A stretch of 63,428 bases of DNA, counting the filler, from Saprolegnia diclina VS20 (Eukaryota), in NCBI RefSeq assembly GCF_000281045.1. It is 3 parts of 2 records of this genome, joined end to end, with 100 filler letters (N's around TTAATTAATTAA, not from the genome) between each part and the next. Parts side by side here need not be neighbours in the genome. Positions count along the whole stretch, not along the records: positions 1 to 20,400 come from NW_008246193.1; positions 20,501 to 44,167 come from NW_008246194.1; 1 more part is not named here. One strand, written 5' to 3'. Numbering within the stretch: position 1 is the stretch's first letter; each line of letters starts with the position of its first letter. The notes under the pieces are model-generated. The model was not told the DNA's origin and searched no databases. It saw only the letters and a list, made by a program, of their open reading frames with translations. Both the position numbers and the translations under genes were made by a program. This document shows, one piece after another, positions 11,392 through 21,953 of this stretch.

Positions 11392-12315
11392 CTAGACGCT
11401 GTCGACGGGAGGAGTCTGGACGCTGTTGGCCGCTTCTGCGATCTTGGCGCGATGGAGCTCGACAAGACTTTCCATCGTGTACAGTAGCAGCGCAGCCCAC
11501 ACGAGGATGAACCCAATGAGCTTGAACGTCGAGAAGGGCTCGTCATACATGAAGACGCCGAGCAAAAACTGAACGCTCGGCGCAATGTACTGCGTAATGC
11601 CGAGGAGACTGAGCGAAATGCGCGGCGCCGCAATCGCAAACAGCAACAGCGGCGCGATGGTCACGGCGCCGCCGCCCACGAGCATGAGATTCGATGTCGT
11701 GTCGACGTGGCCAAAGGCACCGGACCCGTTGCACTCGGCGACAACGAGGTAGACGACCGACGGCGGCAGCAGTAGCATGCACTCGAGCGTCAAGCCGTTC
11801 AGCGCGGTCAGCGGCGCCAGCTTCTTGATATAGCCGTAGAGCGCAAACGTTGTAGCGAGCGTGAGCGCAATCCACGGAAACTTGGCGTACGCGATCGCAA
11901 CGACAAGGACACCGGCCGCGGCGACCGCGATCGCGACCCACTGAAGCCATCGGAGTCGCTCGTAGAACAAGACAACCCCCAGCACGACGTTGAGAAGCGG
12001 GTTGATAAAGTACCCGAGGCTGGCTTCGACGATGTACCCGGCGTTGATGGCCCAAACGAGGAGGAGCCAATTGGTGAGGATGAAGACGCTCGAGAGCGCG
12101 TAGATGCCGGCGACGCGCCACGATGCAATCGCTTGCAGATATGCTTGCAACTGGCGCGATCCCACGAGGTACAGCAGGAGCAGCACAAACGACCACACGA
12201 TGCGGTGGAGCGCTAGCTGGACGGCCGAGATCGCCTCGAGCTGCTTCCAGTAGATCGGAAAGAGGCCCCAGAGCACAAAGCACCCGACTGCAGCGAGAAG
12301 ACCAATGTGCGGCAT
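11392..12315 (-). CDS. rarD: RarD-like EamA/DMT transporter, copy 3, intronless
   Basis: Motifs WGLFPIYWKQL, EASLGYFINPLLNVVLG..FYERLR.LQW, QYIAPS.QFLLG...YDEPF. Confidence 0.9.
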   Translation of the reverse strand: MPHIGLLAAVGCFVLWGLFPIYWKQLEAISAVQLALHRIVWSFVLLLLYLVGSRQLQAYLQAIASWRVAGIYALSSVFILTNWLLLVWAINAGYIVEASLGYFINPLLNVVLGVVLFYERLRWLQWVAIAVAAAGVLVVAIAYAKFPWIALTLATTFALYGYIKKLAPLTALNGLTLECMLLLPPSVVYLVVAECNGSGAFGHVDTTSNLMLVGGGAVTIAPLLLFAIAAPRISLSLLGITQYIAPSVQFLLGVFMYDEPFSTFKLIGFILVWAALLLYTMESLVELHRAKIAEAANSVQTPPVDSV

Positions 12316-12812
12316 TGGGCAAAACTAAAAATGACAGCAAAGGAGATTGCGACTTTACAAGGGCAGTATCCGCGCTCTACGAATGGTACTAGCGTTCGCG
12401 TTCACGCGGTGCTTGTGCGCTTTCTTGTGATGAGTAGTAGTCGTGTTCTAGTCGTTATGTCGCAACGTGTATGACGTCACCGGCGACTGGCTTTCGCCGA
12501 ATCAGACACGGGGTAGGGTAAAACGAGTGATGACACGAAACGTGGCAGCGTGCAATCGCGGTGCGCACCTGGATACGCCAAGAGGACCAAGTTGGCGTGA
12601 GTAGAAAGGGTTCTGTTTTCTACAGTGATACAAATTATTGCCAAGTTGCGACACGAGGCGCACAAGGCTACCCGTCGCCTGTCCAGGTTCCTTTCAGACT
12701 GTTAGTGGGCGTGCTCATTTGAGAAAGCTCATCGAGATGGCGCAGCTAGGCGTTTGCAACAAGAAGAAGAGTGAAGGATATGCAAAAGCTCAGTATCAAC
12801 GTATATAATGTA

Positions 12813-13289
12813 TTTCTCTTTTACTGGTTTCATTTTTAGCCAATTCGAAGCAGTTAGGTGTATGGAGCACGACGTCACGCTCCATTGATGCATGCAATGT
12901 CCTGCGAATATAGTACGAACGCCCGAGACCTTCAAGCGCAGGCAAACGGCAAGTTGCAAAAGAGAAGAAACACGACATAAACGTTTGCGACTTGTCTTTT
13001 GCCTGCGCTTGAAGGTCTCGGGCGTTCGTACTATATTCGCAGGACGTGGCATGCGTCGATGGAGCGTGACGTAGTGCCCCATACATCTAAACTGCTTCCA
13101 ATTGGCAACAAATGAAACCCGTAAAAAGAAAGAAACACGACATAAACTTTTGCAACTTGCCGTTTACCTGCGTTTGGAGATATCGAGCGTTGGTAATATG
13201 CACGTAGGATATTGCATGCATCGATGGTGCGTGACGTAGTGGTCCATACATCTAAACTGCTTCCGATTAGCTACAAATGACACCCGTAA
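12813..13289. repeat. Fold-back/tandem repeat: three ~150-165-bp units (one inverted, two direct)
   Basis: Perfect 48-bp inverted repeat at 12899-12946 / 12998-13045 inside a ~150-bp imperfect IR. The second unit (~12964-13125) is repeated directly at ~13129-13289; both begin AGAAACACGACATAAAC and end ACAAATGA(A/C)ACCCGTAA. Confidence 0.9.
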
Positions 13290-13400
13290 GGCCATTGGAA
13301 GCTGCCGATGATAATGAGACCGAGGGTGACGAAGGACCAGACGATGCGGTGCATGGCGAGCTAGAGCGCCGAGATGTCATCGAGCTGCTTCCAGTAGATG
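13290..13400 (-). pseudogene. rarD: Truncated fourth rarD copy with in-frame stop
   Basis: 13331-13400 is near-identical to rarD copy 2 at ~10699-10768 (IYWKQLDDISAL*LAMHRIVWSF), with CAG>TAG. Both ends are missing. Confidence 0.85.
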
Positions 13401-13930
13401 ACCAAAAAGGCCTCGTCATCAGACCGCCAAGTCGATTAGGCAGCTGTTTTGACCCTAATCCACCATCGGCATGCTTGGCCAGTATCGCAATTGGGCTCCT
13501 GTCGACGATCGCTTGTCGACAAACGTGTTGCTGTTCAAGCACTCTTGCGAGAACCATCCTCGCCGCTTCAGTTAAAGTAATTACTTGGCCCGCGCGATGC
13601 TTTCCGTGAGCTGCCATCGACGTTGTTGGAGAACTACGCTGGACGAGCCAGTCCGACGTTGCCGGTCGGGCTGATCGAGGCAGATGCGTGTGGGATACCA
13701 AGGGAATGACAGAATTCCTGAGGAGGAGTCAGCATCGCACGACTATGCATTTGTGTATTTGATGTAGTTTACTAGTATCGCTCAACTTCTCGTCACTTCG
13801 ACATTGTCGTCTCCTGTGCGCGGAGGCTAACGCGGCATGTGCCGAAAATAAGTCCGGCTGTTTCAACCGACAACGTGTTTCCTACACCTGTTTTAAACAC
13901 TCCGAGTTTGGATCCGAGAGCGATCGGCCG

Positions 13931-15618
13931 ATGGACCGACCACCGACGCTCGAGGACCTGGTCCGGGACGACGGCGATGCAATGTACGTGGCAGAGCCGT
14001 CGCGCACCGAAGCATTCCTCAGTCGCATCATCGAGCAGCAGCAGGATGAGCTGCATGCACTGCGCAAGACCGACCAACTGCCGCGTGGCGACGCTGTCGA
14101 GGGCAACAACAACGACCTCGTCATGGAGATCTCGATCAGCACCTTTATCGACGTTCGCACCTTTGTTCCTTGATGTGCCGTCGTGGCTCATGGAGACTGC
14201 TAGCTTGAGAACGCGCTCTTGACCAAGAAGAAGCAGCTCTTGCAGCGCGACGTGACCATCTCGCAGCTCCGCGCCGCGCTCACCGACGCCAACGAGCGCG
14301 CTGACGCCACGCAGACCGAGTACGACACACTGCGGCGCGAGCACCACGCCTTGCGCCTCTCGCTCGAGGCGCCACGCGCGAAACCCAAAGACGACATGAG
14401 CGACCATACGCTGTGCCGGCGGACCATGCACGAGCTCGACCAGCAGCGGCAGACGCTGGTCGAGCGCTGCCGGCTCCTCGCGCTCGAGGCCGCGCGATAC
14501 CGCCATCACCAAGAGCGACTCAAGGCGCAGTGGTCCGAGGCGACGCAGGCCGTTGACCAACTTCAACACCAGCGGCAGCAGCAGCTCGATGTGATCCACG
14601 ATCTACAAGCGCAGGTGCACGCCTTCCGCGCCATGCAGACAACCGCAAACCCGTCAATCTCGACGACGCTTACGTCGTCATCGACCATGACCGAGGCGTC
14701 AAGTGATGCGCCATCGTACGAGGTCTCGGCGGTTCGAACCACGGACCTGCAGATCATCGCGGCTCAAAACCACCGCATCGAGGCCCTCGAGGGTGTCGTC
14801 GACGCGTTGCGTTCGCAGGTCGAAGCGCTGCACGCACAGCAAACAACGTTCGACGCCGAGCATGCAACGGTACGTCAACCCCATGTATCTGAGCTCACTT
14901 GAACGGTAGCTGCGACGCCGCGCCAACGTCTGGAAGGGCTGCATCTACACGCTTCTCAACAAGCACCACAAGAGAACGCTGGATCTCCAAGCCGCTCTCA
15001 AAGCGCGCGATCTGCTGCAAGCGGAGAAGCGACAGTACATTGCCGACTACAAGAAACGCAAAGCGCAGTGTAGCGCGCTGCAGGCAACGCTGGAGGCCGC
15101 CAACGACCAGCTCGAGAAGGACCAGAGCATGCTGGCCGAGCACAAGACGCGGTAGTCACTCGATGCGACGGCGGTCGTGCTGAATCGAGCTAGGATACGG
15201 TACTATAGCCAGACGATCCGACACAACGCCGAGCGGATGCGAGCACTCGTTGCGACATGCGAAGCCATGCAGTCCAAGGTAGCCTGCTAGACGGCCACCC
15301 TGTGCATTATTATGCTTTGTAGCTGCAAGTTATCCAGGCGCGCTACCAGCGGTCCAACGTCCAGCGCAAGCAGCTCGCGGCGCAGTCGTCGACGTACAAG
15401 AGCCTACTCCACGACGAGAAGCGCGAGCGCGAAGCGTACGTCCTTTCTCTTTCACTTCCACGCCGCCCACGGCGCTTTGCAGCGCGCTGGTCGAGATCGA
15501 AGCGTTCCGGAATGCGCTCGTGCAAGTGTGCCAAGAAGCAATCGCCATGCCGCCCCAGTGGACCGTGGAGCATGTACAGACCGTCACCGGCATCGCCGAG
15601 CCCCTCGTGTACGGCTAA
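13931..15618 (+). CDS. Multi-exon coiled-coil protein of unknown function
   Basis: ATG 13931 (MDRPPTLEDLVRDD...). Successive heptad-rich Q/E/L exons are separated by short GT-AG introns. Probable stop ~15618. Confidence 0.65.
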
Positions 15619-15703
15619 GATGGAGGAATTGTACATTGTATTTTGTCCACATTTTGCATTTTTGTCCATAAAAAATTATATTGCGTGGAGCTATCGCAAG
15701 CGG

Positions 15704-18700
15704 CTACGTTTCGTGGTGCTTGAAGAAGCGCACGAGGTGCGGCAGCGCTGGCCCAAACGACGGGAACGCTTGCGTCCGGTCGTTGATCCACTGCGGCAGG
15801 CGCGACCGGATGATCGGCGTGTTGTAGCGCCGGTCGAGGAGCACAATGCTTGCGTAATCCTTTTGGTGGCGAATCGAGCGCCCAATGCTCTGGTTGACGG
15901 CCTACATGTCCGTTTTGTTTCAATACTTCAACTTGAAAGAGACGCCGACCTTCATGCACATGTTGGAGTAAAACTCGTGGGACGTGAGCTTGGCGCCGGA
16001 CGCTTCCATGTACTTCATTTGCTGCAGAAGTTCGGCGTCGTGTGGGTTCGGGTACGGAAGCCCAACCATGACAACGCAGCTAATATGAGGTTGGATCGCG
16101 CTTAGGGTTGGGGTTCAACCGACCGCGCCAAATCGTCGCTGAAGTTGATGCCCTCCGACATCTTGCCGCCCACGACGCTAAAGAGCAAGCCACCTACGCA
16201 CGCAATTCTTATTCTTAGTGCGTCCTGATGAAACGAGGTACCCGTGTCGTGGCAGGCTGCTGCGTACGCCGTCAAGACGCCGTCGACGTCGGCGGCCGAC
16301 TTTGGTTCGCGAAAGATGCGTTTCTTTTGCTCGAGCGCCGCCAGTTGCCCTAGTTCAACCACTGAATTGTCGTGCAGTCGGTAGACTAGGAAACAACCGT
16401 TGGCCGTCCAGTGGTTCACAATCTGCTGCTCGTACGCGTACGAGGGGAAGAAGCATACGACGCCCGCCGGCACGATGCGTACGAGGTTGAGCAGAATGCG
16501 CCCGACTTCGTCCATCGTCTAGAAATGTTTTAACATAATAGTTGATATGTTGGACTATACCTGCGGTAAATTGCGTTTCTGGTACGTGAAGTCCAGTTCC
16601 TGGTTGGTCGGTCCGACACTCAGCGCCACTACGAATCTCGCATCAGTCGCTCGCTGTCGATCTTTGTCTACCGCCAGTCAAGTGCGACGGCGGAATGATG
16701 TGCCCGCACGAAAAGACCTTGAGCCGGTCGGGCGACGACCCAAGGAGGAGCTGGTGGAGGACTTGGTCGATCTAATCGCACGCAACTTTAACATTGGCAC
16801 GGCCAATCAAGACGCTGTACGCACGGGCTGCATCGTGCCACCGGCGAGGATCACCGACCGCGCTTCCGATAGGACGTCCGCAAAGTGCAACGCGGGGTTG
16901 AGGAGGAGGAATTTCAGACACGGCATCTTGCCGTCGCCACCCTCCTTGTCCTACAATCATGTCTTGAAACACGCAACTTTCAACTGGTGACATACTTGAT
17001 AGTGGAGCAGGAGCCGGCCGTTTGTCGACGCAGTTGTGAGCGCCAGCATGAACGACTGGATCGACCGGAGTGGCGAAATGTGCGTGGACGTTGCACCGAC
17101 CGTCGTCGCCTCCTGAAGACGCTCGCCGTCCTCCGAGAACTCGCTCGATAAAAACCCAAGGAGCTACATCCACGGGTTGGTGATCGCACGAGAGTGTTGT
17201 GGCTCGTACTTTTTGAGAAAGCTGGCTGCGCTCGAGGTACTGGTGGAGCTTGAACAAATTGATGTTGTCAAGCTTGGTCTACACACACGCAATTTTGACA
17301 TTTCGCAGGCGCAACGTCGGTACCTCGAAGAGAAAGTCCGTGATGCTCCAGACCGTCGTCGTGGCCTCCTTGGCTTTGGCTTTGGCCGTGAGAAACTTGT
17401 GGCAGCTCTGCAGCACATTCAAAAGCTGCTTGATGTAGTAGACGTTCCGGCCTTTCAGTCGCCCTTCGTAACTACACCGACATATTGTTTCTACTTTCTA
17501 AATACTGTGGGCTGGCCTACCGCTTGAAGTAGCTCCACACTTGGCGCCGGGTTTGAATCCACTGTTTTACAACTTGATACATTCTGTACCAAACGTTGGA
17601 CGAGGCGTACCTGTTGGCTCGAGACGAGCACCGCGTACGTGGCGTTGACAGCATCGGCAATGTTGTGCGCTTCGTCAAAGATGACAATACTGTCCTTGAG
17701 GCGAATGCCGAGTGACTCGCGCGTCGCCTTGCTCAGTAGCATCGAGTACGGCATCGCAATCACCTGGTATTTTCGTATACTTTTCCGAAAATTCAAAGGC
17801 TTTATACCTGCGCCGCGGAGAGGGCCGACCGCGCGCCATAGTAGGCACACGCTGAGAGCTGGTCGCCGAGTGTATACAGCTCTTCAATGTCCTGGACCTG
17901 CGCCTAAAGGTATAATGTATGAATCGCAACATTCGAGTGTCAAAATTTGCGTACCAACGCGTGCTGGCGGAAGTACCGCTGCAATGATTTCTTATTGTAC
18001 GGACACCCCGGCGCCTTCTTCTTTGCCGACGTTGACTGGATCAAGTCGAGACACTTGTCGTTCATCGCTGCGTCCGTCTTGAGCTTGCGGACGTCCGGGT
18101 GGATGCACAGCGACTTGCTACGGAATCCAGATGGCTAAATGCACGCCACTTTCGAGCCCACGCACCGAGCACCGAGTGTGAGCGTCCGCAGCGACGCGCC
18201 AAACTTGGTCTTCTTGATCTCGTGCATAAACTGGCTCAGCTGCGAGTGCGTTCGACTGCAGTAGAAGATCTAGTCAAGAGTGTGTACCATTTTCATCCTG
18301 TGAATGCTCGTGTCTACCTGCACGATGCCATAGTCGACTGGCTCGTCAAAGCCGCGGCCAGCGTCTTCATCGTCGACCTCGTCGTCGCTGTCGTCGCGGC
18401 TGCCCGTCTCCTTGTCACTGAGGTACTCGGGCACAATGTAGTTCTCGTCCGTCTCGAGCGTTGCAGCTGCCGGTGGCTTGCGGCCGCGCGGCGCGTCTCG
18501 ACCGCCGTGCATGAGCCGCAGGTCTTTCATGCGCGCGTGCGCTGGATTCGCGCGGATCTCGTCAAGCTTGGTGCACAGCGCCTTGAGCTCGGCTTGGTGC
18601 GCGGCCCCGGCCGACGGCGCCGCGTACGCCCGCAGCCACGCAGGTTCGTCCGAGGCTGTGGCAGCCGCGTCCTTCTCAAGAAGGACACCGCGGCTGTCCG

Positions 18701-18947
18701 TGTTGTGCTCGAGCCACGTGAGCGTGCCGCAGATCAAACTCAGCGACTTGCCCTACATTGCCGTTGCAGAAAGTGCAATGTCAGAAAGGCGTACCGTGCC
18801 AGTGGGCGACTCGAAGATGCCAATCTTGCGCTCGTCAATGGCCTCGTAGAGCTCCTTCATGAGACTCTCTTGGATCGAGTACGGCGGAAACGGAAAGCCA
18901 AACGGATGCGCGTCCTCCTCGACCTTCTGCCGCTTCGGCGCGCTCAT
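15704..18947 (-). CDS. DDX11: DDX11/Chl1 Fe-S DNA helicase (XPD/Rad3 family), multi-exon
   Basis: Motifs [94 protein letters not shown]. Confidence 0.92.
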
Positions 18948-19860
18948 GCCTGACCTCGCTGGGATTGCAGATATGGAGTTATAGAGGTCTCTTGAAGTTT
19001 TATGCCATCCGGTTGCCGCTACAGTGTATGCGGAGGGGACAACCTTTCTCCTTCCCATGCAACGTCAAGCTTCATGGAAGGAGCTATGGTATAGCTCAAG
19101 GGCGGCGCCTGCCTCTACATACCTCTGCTCTTCAAAATGGGTCCTCTGGTTTCGTTTGATGAAGGTCGTTTACTGGGGTGCCGGCTTGAGCGAGACGAGT
19201 TGAGTCGAGACTTGATGCACAAGATCACCTAAAGTCGCTAGGCGCAGAAGGGCACAGTAGCCACAACTTCACAGTGTACTACTTTGCATAACCCAGAGTC
19301 CCAAGCGTGTGACACAGCTGGTGGGGCCGTGGTCGTCTCCGCCATGAGCGGTCTACAGCCTATGGCGCTGGACACGCCGTGTGACTCGAATTGTTTTCAT
19401 CTGAGTCGACAAGCGTTGAATTGACACCACACGTGGCAGATGGTCTCAGCACGTCCACACCATGCACAGAGCTCGTTATCGAAACGAAAGCATCGGCTCG
19501 TTCAACGACAGGATGAACTCTGGGCTCCACTCCAAGTGTCGATGTACTAAGGAGGACGCTACTACATGTATCCAGGAAGTACTTGCGCACCTGCTCCAGA
19601 ACGTCCATTTCGACGCCACATGCGCTTCGGTCCTCACGCTGACCTGATCACGCGGCAGCTTTGACCATGCGGTGTCGATACATCTGGGTGCAATTCTGCA
19701 CAAAAGTTTTTCTTCAATGTATCAAAGAAAATACGTGGCGTCGACTCTGCTGGCGCCAACTCTAGCAAGTGCACAGCAAAACAGTGTGTTTGCCATCGCA
19801 CGACAGCACCATTCTTCGATTTGACGAGTTCCCAAACCATCCAACCCACCACCAAGTAGC

Positions 19861-20400
19861 ATGTCCTACGTCCTCGACATCCTCTCGCCGCGCGGCCTTC
19901 TCAAGCAGTGGCAGCCTGCCGTGCTCACGCTACACGAGCAAACGCTCACGCTCACCGACAAGGGCAAAGTCGTCACCACGCTGCGCGTCGCTGCTGCCCG
20001 CCCGCTCCCCGCGACGCCCAAACAAACGTACCTTGTCGAGATTTCGCCAGCTTCAGGCGGCAAGATCTTGACACTGGCAGTCACCACAGCCTTCTTGCAG
20101 TCGCAGCTCATCGCCGTCGTCAGTGCGGCTGCTGCCTCGCCGTCGTGGACGCTGCCGTCCGTGTCTCGACTCGACATGCAACTGGCTGTCGCCGACGCCG
20201 TTCTCGCTTCATCATCGTCGTCGTGTGAGCCGTGCGGTGTGACAGTCGACGACATCCAAGATCACTTGCGCGGCATGAAGACGATCTATGACGCCATTGG
20301 CAACCTTGATTCGCCAGAAGCGCTCTACGAGTACCTCTTGGAACTCGAAGCGGCGTACGTGGGCGAGCACCGGCAGTTGCATGCGGCGGGCGGACCGCGC
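19861..20400 (+). CDS. Partial gene with N-terminal PH-like domain, truncated by assembly gap
   Basis: ORF from ATG 19861 is open into the N run. GLLKQWQPAVLTL...TYLVEI...LTLAV..AFLQSQLIAVV is a PH-like pattern. Confidence 0.55.
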
Positions 20401-20500
20401 NNNNNNNNNNNNNNNNNNNNNNNNNNNNNNNNNNNNNNNNNNNNTTAATTAATTAANNNNNNNNNNNNNNNNNNNNNNNNNNNNNNNNNNNNNNNNNNNN
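20401..20500. other. Assembly gap with artificial six-frame stop spacer
   Basis: N run containing TTAATTAATTAA. Confidence 0.97.
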
Positions 20501-20659
20501 GTGCAGCGAGTGGATTTCGTCACCGAGCGCGACGCCGCGCAGCTCATGCGGCCACGGGTCGGCGTGTGGCACGATGAACCGGCTCGGGACGCAGCTGTTG
20601 CCAAAGCACGCGCGGTAGACGACGAGGGCATCGATGCGCTCTTGCACGGTCAACCGCAT
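20501..20659 (-). CDS. 5' fragment of helicase-associated (HA)-domain-like protein, truncated by gap
   Basis: MRLTVQERIDALVVYRACFGNSCVPSRFIVPHADPWPHELRGVALG matches the stramenopile HA-repeat pattern L..Y...xG...VP..F.VP...WP...G..LG. Confidence 0.6.
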
Positions 20660-21953
20660 GGTGTGTGTGAGTGGCAGTGCATCAAATGTCAGAGGTGTAT
20701 TTCGGGTCACTCTGCAATCTTATATCTATCGAGGTATCGATTTTTACACCACTGCCACCAGCTCGACGTCTCGTCGGTGCGCCAACGACCACGTACGCGC
20801 TCGTCTGTATACCGCGAGACCAAGCGCATCGACTGCATCGGCGGCTGGGTCCTCGAAAAGTACAGCGTCACGCGGGAAGATCTCAAAGCGGTTACTGGCA
20901 TGCGTCGAGCTTGATGACGAAGAGGCGTCAACGGGTCATTCCCATGGACTGCACTTGGTGGCGAACCCTAGTTGGCGGTGCGACGACGCGAGATCGGACG
21001 TCGGCGCGTTGGCCTAGACAAAAATCTGCTCACCGCAGCGCAGCGAAGGTCCAGCGTTGACTTTTCGGGGCCAACGCGCCATTGTCGCTTGCTTCAAGTC
21101 TTCGTGCGCGTCGTGAGTGGCGCAAAATATCCAATTGCAGAGGTATACACAAACCTCTCAAATGGAATACGTATCGGGGTATCAAGTCGAGGCAAAGTGG
21201 CACCGCGGTTTGCTTCCAGTGTACTAGTAAGCTGATTAGCGTCCAGTGTACCTTGCGATGGCCGGAAGAAAGATGCAAGGCGATACGCTGTCGGATCTAC
21301 CCAGAGGTTGAACCGCTGGCGATAGCCCAAGGAGGTCGATGCACTGCGCATGCCGAAGAGCGGTAGGCCACCGGCGTGTGGAGCTTCCTGCATGTGCCGG
21401 CGACGACCATGTGGATGCTCCGGGTGCTTGGCTCGACGGTACTAGTTGCCCGCAAGCTGCGAATAACACTATTACACTACAGCCTCGGTCGCCCATTGTT
21501 CCTATGCGTTTCCAAGGATTGCACGTGTCCAGAATATAGTGTGCGAGAAAGACGCTCCTCAAAGACGCAATCGATGACCGCAGTTCCAAGCAGCGCGTGC
21601 TGCATGAGCTGCCTATCGTCCTGCAAGCATTAGCGTGTACACTACGAGACAGTCGACGCAGCAGCAGCTGATATCATCATCTCTTCTGCCTCCGTGAGTG
21701 ATGTTGCTTCGTCGACGACGCTGGGCCAACACGACTGCGCGAAAGCGGCCCCTCTGCGATGGCCAAAGTAGTACGGCGTCTGTAGCAATGAATGGCGATC
21801 GTCCTGATCGAGAGTATTGGCTCGCATGTCGGCTAGCATCATTGTAGTGTCAACGGTGCCAACTTCAAGGTCGAAAGCGTCATCACACTATTTGCATGTG
21901 AGAGAAATTGGAAATACTGTGACCGTGCACGCACCGAGATCATTCTCACAAGC

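Noticed and set aside
19200..19800. Short ORFs between DDX11 and the PH-like gene (also 20700-21900 and 62235-63428)
   Set aside because: No convincing motifs or consistent splice pattern. They may be decayed fragments but cannot be supported.
20445..20456. TTAATTAATTAA palindrome inside N runs (also 44212-44223)
   Set aside because: Identical spacer in both gaps giving stops in all six frames. This is a scaffolding artefact, and adjacency across the gaps is unproven.
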